DNA of 32,000 nt from Delftia acidovorans NBRC 14950 (GTDB taxonomy: Bacteria > Pseudomonadota > Gammaproteobacteria > Burkholderiales > Burkholderiaceae_C): the NCBI RefSeq assembly GCF_001598795.1, contig NZ_BCZP01000006.1, positions 297,008-329,007 on the forward strand, given 5' to 3'. The translations under genes and the position numbers were made by a program. How positions within the stretch are numbered: position 1 is the stretch's first letter; each line of letters begins with the position of its first letter. This document shows positions 16,153-23,794 of the stretch, in pieces. The notes beneath the pieces were generated by a model. The model saw only the letters and a list, made by a program, of their open reading frames with translations, did not search any database and was not told the DNA's origin.

Positions 16153-17071
16153 ACGCAAGACCGTGCTGGTGGTGCGGCGCACGCGGCTCGATGAGCTGGT
16201 GGCCAAGTACCACACGCTGTCCCAGGCGCGCTTCTACATCGAGCACCTGGGTGCCGACTTCGGCGACTACCTGCGCGAAAGCGCCGCCTACGCCGCCGCC
16301 CTGCAGGCCGTGGTGCAGGCGCTGGAGGCACGCGGCCGCTACCAGATCGTGGACCGCGCCCTGGTGCCCAACTTCGTCTTCGGCGCCGACGACATCGTGG
16401 TGGCACTGGGCCAGGACGGCATGGTGGCCAACACCATGAAATACCTGGACGGCCAGCCGCTCATCGGCGTCAATCCCGAGCCCGCGCGCTGGGACGGCCT
16501 GCTGCTGCCCTTCGCCCCCGCCGACCTGGCCGCCCTGCTGGGCGACGTGGCCGCCAACCGCCGCCCCACGCGCGCCGTCACGCTGGCCGAGGCGCGCCTG
16601 AGCGACGGCCAGGTGCTGCGCGCCGCCAACGACCTGTTCATCGGCCCGCGCAGCCATACCTCGGCCCTGTACGACATCGCGCTGGGCGAGCGGCGCGAAT
16701 CCCAATCGTCCTCCGGCCTCATCGTCGCCACGGGGCTGGGCTCGTCCGCCTGGATCAAGAGCATCGTCACGGGATCGATGGGCATTGCCCGCGCCGTGCG
16801 CGGCGCGTCCACCGACTTCGACTACCAGCCCTTCGCCTGGGATGCGCCACGCCTGGACTTCGCCGTGCGCGAGCCCTTTCCCAGCCGCTCCTCCACGGCC
16901 GAACTGGTCTATGGCCAGGTCACCGCCGGCCAGCCGCTGACCCTGCGCTCGCGCATGCCCGACCATGGCGTCATCTTCTCGGACGGCATGGAAGCCGACT
17001 ACCTGCAGTTCACGGCGGGCATGCAGGCCACCATCGGCCTGTCGGAGCGGCAGGGCTGCCTGGTGGTGTGA
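16139..17071 (+). CDS. NAD kinase-family (ATP-NAD kinase-like) protein with non-canonical motifs
   Basis: In-frame GTG at 16139 preceded by AAGGAG (16128-16133). The start overlaps the SPFH stop by 14 nt. The product VNANERKTVLVVRR... is 310 aa. NADK-type motifs occur in order: VALGQDGMVANT (GGDG becomes GQDG), AANDLFI (NE/ND motif) and SSGLIVATGLGSSAW (the TGSTAY-like motif). Confidence 0.75.
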   Translation: MNANERKTVLVVRRTRLDELVAKYHTLSQARFYIEHLGADFGDYLRESAAYAAALQAVVQALEARGRYQIVDRALVPNFVFGADDIVVALGQDGMVANTMKYLDGQPLIGVNPEPARWDGLLLPFAPADLAALLGDVAANRRPTRAVTLAEARLSDGQVLRAANDLFIGPRSHTSALYDIALGERRESQSSSGLIVATGLGSSAWIKSIVTGSMGIARAVRGASTDFDYQPFAWDAPRLDFAVREPFPSRSSTAELVYGQVTAGQPLTLRSRMPDHGVIFSDGMEADYLQFTAGMQATIGLSERQGCLVV

Positions 17072-17712
17072 AGCCCGAAGCACGGACAATCATCGACACA
17101 ACAAGAAAATCCATGGAAATGGACCGTATGAACAACAAGAACACAATGACATCGACCAGCAAATTCATGAGCCTGGTCCTGCGCCACAACCCCGGCCGCG
17201 CTGGGCTCGCACTGGACGCCCAGGGCTGGGTCTCCATAGACGCATTGCTGCGCGGCGCCCAGGCGGCCGGCCGCAACATCTCACCCGCACTGCTGATGGA
17301 GGTGGTGCAAAGCTGCCCCAAGCAGCGCTTTGCCATCAGCGCCGACGGCCTGCGCATCCGCGCCAGCCAGGGGCATTCCGTGCAGATCGACCTGGGCCTG
17401 CAGGCCAGCGTGCCGCCGCAGCGCCTCTACCATGGCACGGCCACGCGCTTTCTGGACTCCATCCTGCGCACCGGCCTGGACCGGCGCAACCGCCACCACG
17501 TGCACCTGACCGACAACCTGGCCACGGCCCGCTCCGTGGGCCAGCGCTATGGCCGGTTGGTGCTGCTGGAGATCGATGCGGCGCGCATGCATGCCGATGC
17601 CTGCCTGTTCTACCGTTCGGACAACGGCGTCTGGCTCACGGACAGCGTGGCACCGTACTACCTGCGCGTGCTGGCCGAAGAGGAACACGATGAAACCCAT
17701 CATTGCCCTTGA
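17068..17712 (+). CDS. kptA: RNA 2'-phosphotransferase KptA/Tpt1 (NAD-dependent ADP-ribosyl/2'-phosphotransferase)
   Basis: It aligns by eye along its length with E. coli KptA: TSKFMSLVLRHNP, GWVSIDALL, RIRASQGHS, LYHGTATRFLDSI, RHHVHL and NGVWLT. The start is ambiguous. GTG 17068 forms a GTGA overlap with the upstream stop. Internal ATGs at 17113, 17128 and 17146 would give a KptA-sized protein. None has a clear RBS. Confidence 0.88.
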   Translation: MKPEARTIIDTTRKSMEMDRMNNKNTMTSTSKFMSLVLRHNPGRAGLALDAQGWVSIDALLRGAQAAGRNISPALLMEVVQSCPKQRFAISADGLRIRASQGHSVQIDLGLQASVPPQRLYHGTATRFLDSILRTGLDRRNRHHVHLTDNLATARSVGQRYGRLVLLEIDAARMHADACLFYRSDNGVWLTDSVAPYYLRVLAEEEHDETHHCP

Positions 17713-18301
17713 CGCCGATGGCGTGCTGCTGGACTACAACCGCGCCTATGCCGGAGCCTGGGAGCGCGCGTTCGGCCAGCGCCCCGCCGAGGCCGACCCC
17801 CATGCCTACTGGGCCATGGACCGCTGGGCCGTGCAGGCGCTGGACGGCGAGCGCCTGCAACAGTTCAGGGCCTGCATGGACGATGCCTTCTGGCGCAGCA
17901 TTCCCGCGCTGGGCAATGCCTTGCAGGCCTGCCACGACCTGCAGGGCGCCGGCTACGAACTGGTCTGCGTGACGGCCCTGGCGGCGCGCTTCGAGCAGGC
18001 CCGCCTGGGCAACCTGCGCGACCTCGGCTTTCCCATCGACCGCGTGATCGCCACGGGCCGGACCATCGGCGTGCGCAGCCCCAAGGCAGACGCCCTGCAG
18101 CGGCTCGGCCCGGTCGCTTTCGTGGACGACTATCTGCCCTACCTCCGGGACATTGGCCCGGGCATTCACGCGGCCCTGGTGTGCCGTGGCCCGAACGGCA
18201 CGCCCAACACCGGGCCGGACCTGGTCCACGCCCACTCGCAGCACGCAGACCTGATGGCCTTCAGTCAGTGGTGGCTGCAGCAAGCTCCATCGCATTCCTG
18301 A
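17690..18301 (+). CDS. HAD-superfamily phosphatase/nucleotidase-like hydrolase
   Basis: The start is ATG 17690 after GAAGAGGAA, and it overlaps the kptA end by 23 nt. 203 aa. HAD motif I is IIALDADGVLLD, motif II is VCVTAL, then a Lys (SPKAD), and motif IV is FVDDY. Confidence 0.78.
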   Translation: MKPIIALDADGVLLDYNRAYAGAWERAFGQRPAEADPHAYWAMDRWAVQALDGERLQQFRACMDDAFWRSIPALGNALQACHDLQGAGYELVCVTALAARFEQARLGNLRDLGFPIDRVIATGRTIGVRSPKADALQRLGPVAFVDDYLPYLRDIGPGIHAALVCRGPNGTPNTGPDLVHAHSQHADLMAFSQWWLQQAPSHS

Positions 18302-18329
18302 AACGGCACACACGGCAACGAGACAGCCC

Positions 18330-18911
18330 ATGACCACCACAGACCACATCGCCTCCCTGCAAGACCTCCAGAACGCCATGGCCCAGGGTCTCACCCCGCG
18401 CTTCCTGCCGTTCTGGGGCCACCAGCCTGCGGCCGATGGCTCCATCGGCAAGACCTGCATGAGCCAGTGGTTCGAGGCGGGTTTCGAGGTCGATGGCCAG
18501 CACTACCCCACGGCCGAGCATTTCATGATGGCGGGCAAGGCACGGCTGTTTGGCGACGAGGCGGCGCACGCGGCCATCGTGCGCTGCCGCACGCCGGGCG
18601 AGGCCAAGAAGCTGGGGCGTGGCATCCAGGGCTTTGATGAAGCGGCCTGGGTGGCCGCGCGCATGGGCATCGTGGTGCGCGCCAACGAGGCCAAGTTCTC
18701 CCAGAACCCGGCCCTGGCCAGCTATCTGCTGAACACGGGCGACCGGGTTCTGGTGGAAGCCAGCCCCGTGGACGCCATCTGGGGCATCGGCCTGGCAGCC
18801 GACGATGTGCGCGCCGCCAATCCCGCGCGCTGGCAGGGCCTGAACCTGCTGGGCTTTGCCCTCATGCAGGTGCGCGCGCGGCTGCGCAGCACCGCTCCTG
18901 AACAACCATGA
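18330..18911 (+). CDS. NADAR (DUF1768/YbiA-like) family protein
   Basis: 193 aa. The pattern is NADAR-typical: FLPFWGH....MSQWF...FEVDGQHYPTAEHFMMAGKARLFGD...KKLGRGIQGFDEAAW...KFSQNPAL..LLNTGDRVLVEASPVDAIWGIGL....W.GLNLLGFALMQVR. Confidence 0.82.
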   Translation: MTTTDHIASLQDLQNAMAQGLTPRFLPFWGHQPAADGSIGKTCMSQWFEAGFEVDGQHYPTAEHFMMAGKARLFGDEAAHAAIVRCRTPGEAKKLGRGIQGFDEAAWVAARMGIVVRANEAKFSQNPALASYLLNTGDRVLVEASPVDAIWGIGLAADDVRAANPARWQGLNLLGFALMQVRARLRSTAPEQP

Positions 18912-19876
18912 GCGCGAGCACAGGCATGGCCATGGACACGCTGGACCGATACCGTGGTGCCCTGCTGGGCCTGGCCTGTGGCGATGCCGTGGGAACGACG
19001 CTGGAATTCCAGCCGCGCGGCAGCTTTGCGCCGCTGACCGACATGGTCGGCGGCGGCCCGTTCTCGCTGCCCGCAGGCAAGTGGACCGACGACACCTCCA
19101 TGGCCCTGTGCCTGGCCGAAAGCCTGCTCCAGCGCGGCGGCTGCGACCCGCAGGACCAGATGACGCGCTATGCCAACTGGTACGAATGGGGGTACTGGAG
19201 TTCCACCGGCAACTGCTTTGACATCGGCATGGCCACCAGGGCGGCCATCCAGCGCTTCCTGGCCACCGGCGATCCGCTGGCCGGGTCGCCCGACCCGGAC
19301 CAGGCCGGCAACGGCTCCCTGATGCGGCTGGCGCCCGTGCCCATGTTCTTCGGCCCCGACGAGGACCTGGTGCAGCGCATGGCTGAACTCAGCTCACGCA
19401 CCACCCACGCGGCACCTGAATGCCTGCAGGCCTGCCGCCTGTTCGCCGTGGCGCTGTGCCGGGCACTGCAGGGACTGCCCCGGTCGCAGGTTCTGGACCT
19501 GGGCGGCGTTCTGCAAGACTGCGCCAGCCCACGCCTGCGGGAGATTGCCCGTGGCGACTATCGCGACAAGCCGGCCGCACAGATTCGCGGCAGCGGCTAC
19601 GTGGTGGACAGCCTGGAGGCGGCCCTGTGGTGCTTTGCGAGGCATGACAGCTTTGAAGGCGCGGTACTGCAGGCCGCCAACCTGGGCGATGACGCCGACA
19701 CCACGGCAGCCATCACGGGCCAGTTGGCAGGAGCCCTCCACGGCGCCAGCGGCATTGCGGACCGCTGGCTGGAACGCCTGCACCTGGCCCCTGAGATCAC
19801 AGCCCTGGCCGATGCGCTCTGGCAAGCCGCCAGAGGTGCCAGTGACACTTCTCCGACCGCACCTCTCAGCAACTGA
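18908..19876 (+). CDS. ADP-ribosylglycohydrolase family protein (ARH/DraG-like)
   Basis: 322 aa, with an ATGA overlap with the NADAR stop. Motifs are RYRGALLGLACGDAVGTTLEF, WTDDTSMALCLAESL, GNGSLMRLAPV and LGDDADTTAAITGQLAGALHG. Confidence 0.9.
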   Translation: MSASTGMAMDTLDRYRGALLGLACGDAVGTTLEFQPRGSFAPLTDMVGGGPFSLPAGKWTDDTSMALCLAESLLQRGGCDPQDQMTRYANWYEWGYWSSTGNCFDIGMATRAAIQRFLATGDPLAGSPDPDQAGNGSLMRLAPVPMFFGPDEDLVQRMAELSSRTTHAAPECLQACRLFAVALCRALQGLPRSQVLDLGGVLQDCASPRLREIARGDYRDKPAAQIRGSGYVVDSLEAALWCFARHDSFEGAVLQAANLGDDADTTAAITGQLAGALHGASGIADRWLERLHLAPEITALADALWQAARGASDTSPTAPLSN

Positions 19877-20175
19877 GCGGACTGGACCAGGCTTGTCTGC
19901 GCAACCTCCACGCACCCGAGCTCCGTGACACGCGGGCCTTGCTCTTTACGAATGGCGTGCATGGGCGGCTTTTGACTGAGCCACGCTCCATTATCAGAGC
20001 AGTCTGATTGCATCACCTCATATCTTCGGCGTAGAGTGCGAAATACTAAAGAGGCCACCCATCGAATGATTCGATGCTTTCATTTCCAGCCTCTCATTAT
20101 TCACTCAAAAGTTCAATAAAACTATTGCGTGATATTTTCGAGAATCATACTTCAGCAATGGAGCGAATCAGTATC

Positions 20176-21264
20176 ATGCATTCTTCTTTCATTCCGTCAT
20201 TTCCCTCGCAAGTACGCCGCCTTGCATTGATCGCCCTTCCATTTCTCATCGCCTTTTCAGCGGCAACGATGAACACCAATGCCTTTGCCGGGGGCGTATT
20301 CTCCCCCACCAGCTCCAGCATTTCACTGCCCGAGGAAATAACAGTACCCGGAAATTACTCCAACGGATCGACGCTATGGAAGTCTACGGCAACCGTATTT
20401 AATCTTAAAGCGGTGCTGAACACGGCATTCGAGTACGATGTTTCCAAAGCTGTTGTAGCCGCCAATGTTCAATCCGGAAACAAGACGCCCGGATACAATA
20501 ATGTCTACAGCACCAATATTCCCGGCATTGGAATCCGCTGGTGGGCAACATGGCGCGGCCCCAGCGCTCCCAGTGGCAGAACCATGCCCATTACCACCGA
20601 ATCAGAAAATCATTCGGGCGCGCTGGGTTATTTCTGGAATGTTTCATCCACCCAGGATGTCTGGATCGAGCTGGTGAAAACCGGCAGCGTTTCCGCTGGC
20701 GTGCTAACGGGCTCCGGGATGAACGTCGATATGCGATTCCAGTGCCCCAACTGCATCGCAGGAAACGTCAACCTGTCCGGCCGCACCAGGGTGGTGGTCG
20801 GTCCCTCCTGCTCGGTGGCCGCCTCGACCATCTCCGTACCCATGGGCGCTGTGCCCATCCTGCGATTCACGGGCCTCCAATCCACCTCCATCCCCCAGCA
20901 CTTCGACATCACGCTGGAATGCAAGGGCGGCGCGCCCGAAAGCGTTCTGCGCCCCCACATCACGCTCACCGATGCCAACGACACCAGCAATCGGAGCACC
21001 GTCCTGACCTTGAGCCAGACCGCGCCAGACGGCAAGCCGGTTGCCACCGGAATAGGCATACAGATATTGAAGGATGGCACCGCTCTCGGCTACGGCCCGG
21101 ACTCCAACGTGCCTGGCAACACCAACCAATGGAGTGCGGGAACCATCGTCCAGGGCGTTGCCCAGTTCAAGATCCCGCTGACTGCCAAATACGTGCAGAC
21201 CGCTGCGGCAGTCACGACGGGGCAGGCCAACGGCAGGGCCACCTTCACGCTGAACTACCAGTGA
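20176..21264 (+). CDS. Fimbrial (chaperone-usher type) two-domain adhesin-like subunit, orphan
   Basis: The signal peptide is MHSSFIPSFPSQVRRLALIALPFLIAFSAATMNTNAFA. An N-terminal domain of roughly 190 aa has no family I recognise. The C-terminal pilin-like domain begins GPSCSVAASTISVPMGAV...FDITLECKGG (Cys pair) and ends in the classic fimbrial terminus GRATFTLNYQ. Alternative upstream starts are at 20158 and 20074. GC is markedly lower than in the flanks. Confidence 0.72.
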   Translation: MHSSFIPSFPSQVRRLALIALPFLIAFSAATMNTNAFAGGVFSPTSSSISLPEEITVPGNYSNGSTLWKSTATVFNLKAVLNTAFEYDVSKAVVAANVQSGNKTPGYNNVYSTNIPGIGIRWWATWRGPSAPSGRTMPITTESENHSGALGYFWNVSSTQDVWIELVKTGSVSAGVLTGSGMNVDMRFQCPNCIAGNVNLSGRTRVVVGPSCSVAASTISVPMGAVPILRFTGLQSTSIPQHFDITLECKGGAPESVLRPHITLTDANDTSNRSTVLTLSQTAPDGKPVATGIGIQILKDGTALGYGPDSNVPGNTNQWSAGTIVQGVAQFKIPLTAKYVQTAAAVTTGQANGRATFTLNYQ

Positions 21265-21279
21265 GCAGCGTCCCCGCCC

Positions 21280-21693
21280 TCAGGGCTTCTTGTCCAGCTG
21301 CATTTCCCAGGACTTGAGCTGCTTGGTGCGGGCGCGGGCGAAGTCGCTCCAGCAGTTGGCGCGCGCATCGTCCTTGGCAAAGCTGGCGGAATTGAATTCA
21401 GAGAGGAACTCGCAGGCACTGCGCGCGTACTGCACCCAGTTCCTCTGCGCCACTTCCAGCTCTTCCGACGCCTGGGGCATGCGGGCCTTGAGCTTGAGCG
21501 ACAGCGAGGCGTAGGCGGCCTTGACCATGGCCACGTTCTGCTCGTGCAGGCAGGCGCGCACCTCGGACATGTTGGTGGAGCTTTCCTCGCAATTGCCCGA
21601 GCTGGTGGGATTGGCGGCCCAGGCCACGGGGCTGGCACACAGCAGGGCGGCGCAGGCGAGAGGGGCGAGTAGGGACGCTAGGGCTTGGTGCAT
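21280..21693 (-). CDS. DUF1311 / LprI-like (lysozyme-inhibitor family) secreted protein
   Basis: The likely start is MHQALASLLAPLACAALLCASPVAWA (signal peptide) at 21693. The DUF1311 pattern is C..S.T.MSEVRAC...........Y..L..........L...QR.W..Y....C. Confidence 0.7.
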   Translation of the reverse strand: MHQALASLLAPLACAALLCASPVAWAANPTSSGNCEESSTNMSEVRACLHEQNVAMVKAAYASLSLKLKARMPQASEELEVAQRNWVQYARSACEFLSEFNSASFAKDDARANCWSDFARARTKQLKSWEMQLDKKP

Positions 21694-21917
21694 GGAAGAG
21701 GGCTCGCTGGGAGGTGCCGGTGGGCGCAGCACCCCGGCCGTCGCGATTACACCATCGACCCGCCCTGCCTCGGGCCCACATTTCCCTGGTGATCACCCTG
21801 ATGCAGCGACTCAAAGTGCATAAACATGCTCCCAAAGCTTTGTTGCCGTGGGTCAAGGGCGGCCAGAAGATGCGGGCGTACGCATCTTTCGTTCGTCCCG
21901 ACCGCCCCGCTCCCGCC

Positions 21918-22778
21918 ATGCACACAAGCCCCACCCTGCGCCGCCAGCCCCGCGCAACCCTTTCCGTATCCCTGACCTTCATCGCCGCCGCGCTAGCCCT
22001 GGCCTGCACCCAGGCCCGGGCCGATGCCACGCTGGACAAGATCAAGCAGCGCGGCAAGGTCACCATTGGCGTGCTGGTCAATGGCGGGCCCTTCGGCTCC
22101 ATCGACCCGTCCACCCAGCAGCTGGTGGGCTGGAACCCCGAGCTGGCACGCGCCCTGGCCAAGGGCCTGGGCGTGGAGGCCGAGCTGGTCCAGGTGCAGA
22201 CCGCCACGCGCGTGCAGTTTCTGCAGGCCGGCAAGGTGGATCTGCTGATCGCCTCCATGGAGCTGAACCCCGACCGTGCCGAGACCCTGGGCTACGCGCC
22301 CACGCCCTTCTACCGCGTGGGCGGCATTGCCGCCGTGCGCAAGGGCAGCGGCATCGCCAGGTGGGAAGACCTGCGCGGCAAGCCCGTGTGCGTGTCCCAG
22401 GGCAGCAGCTTTGCCAAGCCGCTGGCCAGCGAGTACGGCGCCCAGGTGCATGGCTACAAGAGCTCGTCGGACTCGCTGCTGGCGCTCAAGGGCGGCAACT
22501 GCGTGGCCGCCGTGCATGACAGCACGCTGATCTACCCGCTGCTGCGCAGCAACCCCGAATGGGCGCAGTACTCGGCCCCCATCGCCAGCGAGGTGCTGCC
22601 CGCGCCTTCCGTGGTCTGGACCCGCAAGGGCGAGGCCGACACCATCGCCGCCGTGGACAAGGTGGTGCAGGACTGGCACCGCACGGGCTGGCTGATTGCC
22701 GCCGAAAAGCGCGTGGGCATCGAGCCGGCCAACCCGCTGCTGCCCGAGCTGCAGGCCAAGTTCAAGTCCGCCAGTTGA
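21918..22778 (+). CDS. Amino-acid ABC transporter substrate-binding protein (family 3), paralog 1
   Basis: The start is MHTSPTLRRQ...LALACTQARADATLDKIKQRGKVTIGV. 286 aa. It shares long identical blocks with the next two genes. Confidence 0.85.
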   Translation: MHTSPTLRRQPRATLSVSLTFIAAALALACTQARADATLDKIKQRGKVTIGVLVNGGPFGSIDPSTQQLVGWNPELARALAKGLGVEAELVQVQTATRVQFLQAGKVDLLIASMELNPDRAETLGYAPTPFYRVGGIAAVRKGSGIARWEDLRGKPVCVSQGSSFAKPLASEYGAQVHGYKSSSDSLLALKGGNCVAAVHDSTLIYPLLRSNPEWAQYSAPIASEVLPAPSVVWTRKGEADTIAAVDKVVQDWHRTGWLIAAEKRVGIEPANPLLPELQAKFKSAS

Positions 22779-22879
22779 CCGCCGACCGCCACGGCGGTCC
22801 ACCCCTACTTTTTTCCGACCACCCAGGCCCAGGCCCCGCAAGACGGGGCCGGGCCTTCCGTTCCCTGATGGATTCACGC

Positions 22880-23794
22880 ATGCCCCGCCTTCTTCCCCCC
22901 CTTGCCGCCGCCCTGGCCCTGCTGCTGGGCGCCGGTGCCGCCCACGCCGATGCCACGCTGGACAAGATCAAGCAACGCGGCAAGCTGTCCGTGGGCATTG
23001 ATGGCGCCAGCCCGCCGTTCGGCGTGCTGGACCCCGCCACCGGCAAGACCGGCGGCTACCAGACCGAGCTGGCCGCCGACATCGCGCGCCGCCTGGGCGT
23101 GCCGCTGGAGACGGTTCCCGTGACGGCCTCCACGCGCGTGCAGTTCCTGCAAAGCGGCAAGGTGGACCTGTTGATCGCCAACATCCAATGGACGCAGGAG
23201 CGCAGCGAGATCCTCTCGTTCGCGCCCACGCCCTATGACCTGATCGGCGGCGGCGCCCTGGTGGCCAAGGCCAGCGGCATCAAGCGCTGGGAAGACCTGC
23301 GCGGCAAGGTGGCCTGCGTGTCGCAGGGCAGCAACTTCGCCAAGCCCCTGGCCGAGAGCTATGGCGCCGTGGTCAAGGGCCTGCGCGGCATTCCCGAGTC
23401 GCTGCTGGCGCTCAAGGGCGGCACCTGCGCGGCTTCGGTCCATATCCAGCCCGCGCTCTATGAAAAGCTCACCGGCCCGAATGCAGCCGAGTGGAAGGAC
23501 TTCGAGCTGGGCACGCAGGACCAGTTGATTCCCTCGCCCACCGTGGTGTGGACGCGCCGCGGCGAGGCCGATACCCAGGCCTTCGTGGACAAGGCCATCC
23601 AGGACTGGCACCGCACGGGCTTTCTGCTCAAGGTGGCCCGCGCCAGCGGCGTGCCCGACACCTGGATCGCCGAGCGCCACGAACGCGCGCTGAAGGGCCA
23701 GTTCGACCGCGCGCCCTACGACTTCGCGGTGTATGCGGCAGCACAAGCCGATGCGCAGGCAACCCAGGCCGCCGCCAAGGGAGCCAAGCCATGA
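22880..23794 (+). CDS. Amino-acid ABC transporter substrate-binding protein, paralog 2 (with an Ala/Gln-rich C-terminal tail)
   Basis: MPRLLPPLAAALALLLGAGAAHADATLDKIKQRGKLSVGI.... 304 aa. An alternative ATG is at 22868. Confidence 0.85.
   Translation: MPRLLPPLAAALALLLGAGAAHADATLDKIKQRGKLSVGIDGASPPFGVLDPATGKTGGYQTELAADIARRLGVPLETVPVTASTRVQFLQSGKVDLLIANIQWTQERSEILSFAPTPYDLIGGGALVAKASGIKRWEDLRGKVACVSQGSNFAKPLAESYGAVVKGLRGIPESLLALKGGTCAASVHIQPALYEKLTGPNAAEWKDFELGTQDQLIPSPTVVWTRRGEADTQAFVDKAIQDWHRTGFLLKVARASGVPDTWIAERHERALKGQFDRAPYDFAVYAAAQADAQATQAAAKGAKP

Noticed and set aside
15031-16215. 394-aa minus-strand ORF antisense to the SPFH gene
   Set aside because: The plus-strand frame has a clear SPFH domain, an RBS and operon context. 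The antisense translation is Gly/Ala/Leu/His low-complexity sequence.
18330-18911. NADAR as the antitoxin of a DarT-NADAR-type toxin-antitoxin pair
   Set aside because: No DarT-like ADP-ribosyltransferase ORF is adjacent. The neighbours are a HAD hydrolase and an ARH enzyme. The only transferase in the cluster is KptA/Tpt1, so a classical two-gene TA module is not supported.
19597-20058. 153-aa minus-strand ORF spanning the ARH 3' end and the low-GC intergenic region
   Set aside because: Most of it is antisense to the well-supported ARH gene. It has no motifs and no RBS.
19877-21279. Mobile-element boundaries for the low-GC islet
   Set aside because: I looked for an integrase, a transposase, a tRNA or flanking direct repeats and found none. 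I report only the compositional shift, not a defined mobile element.
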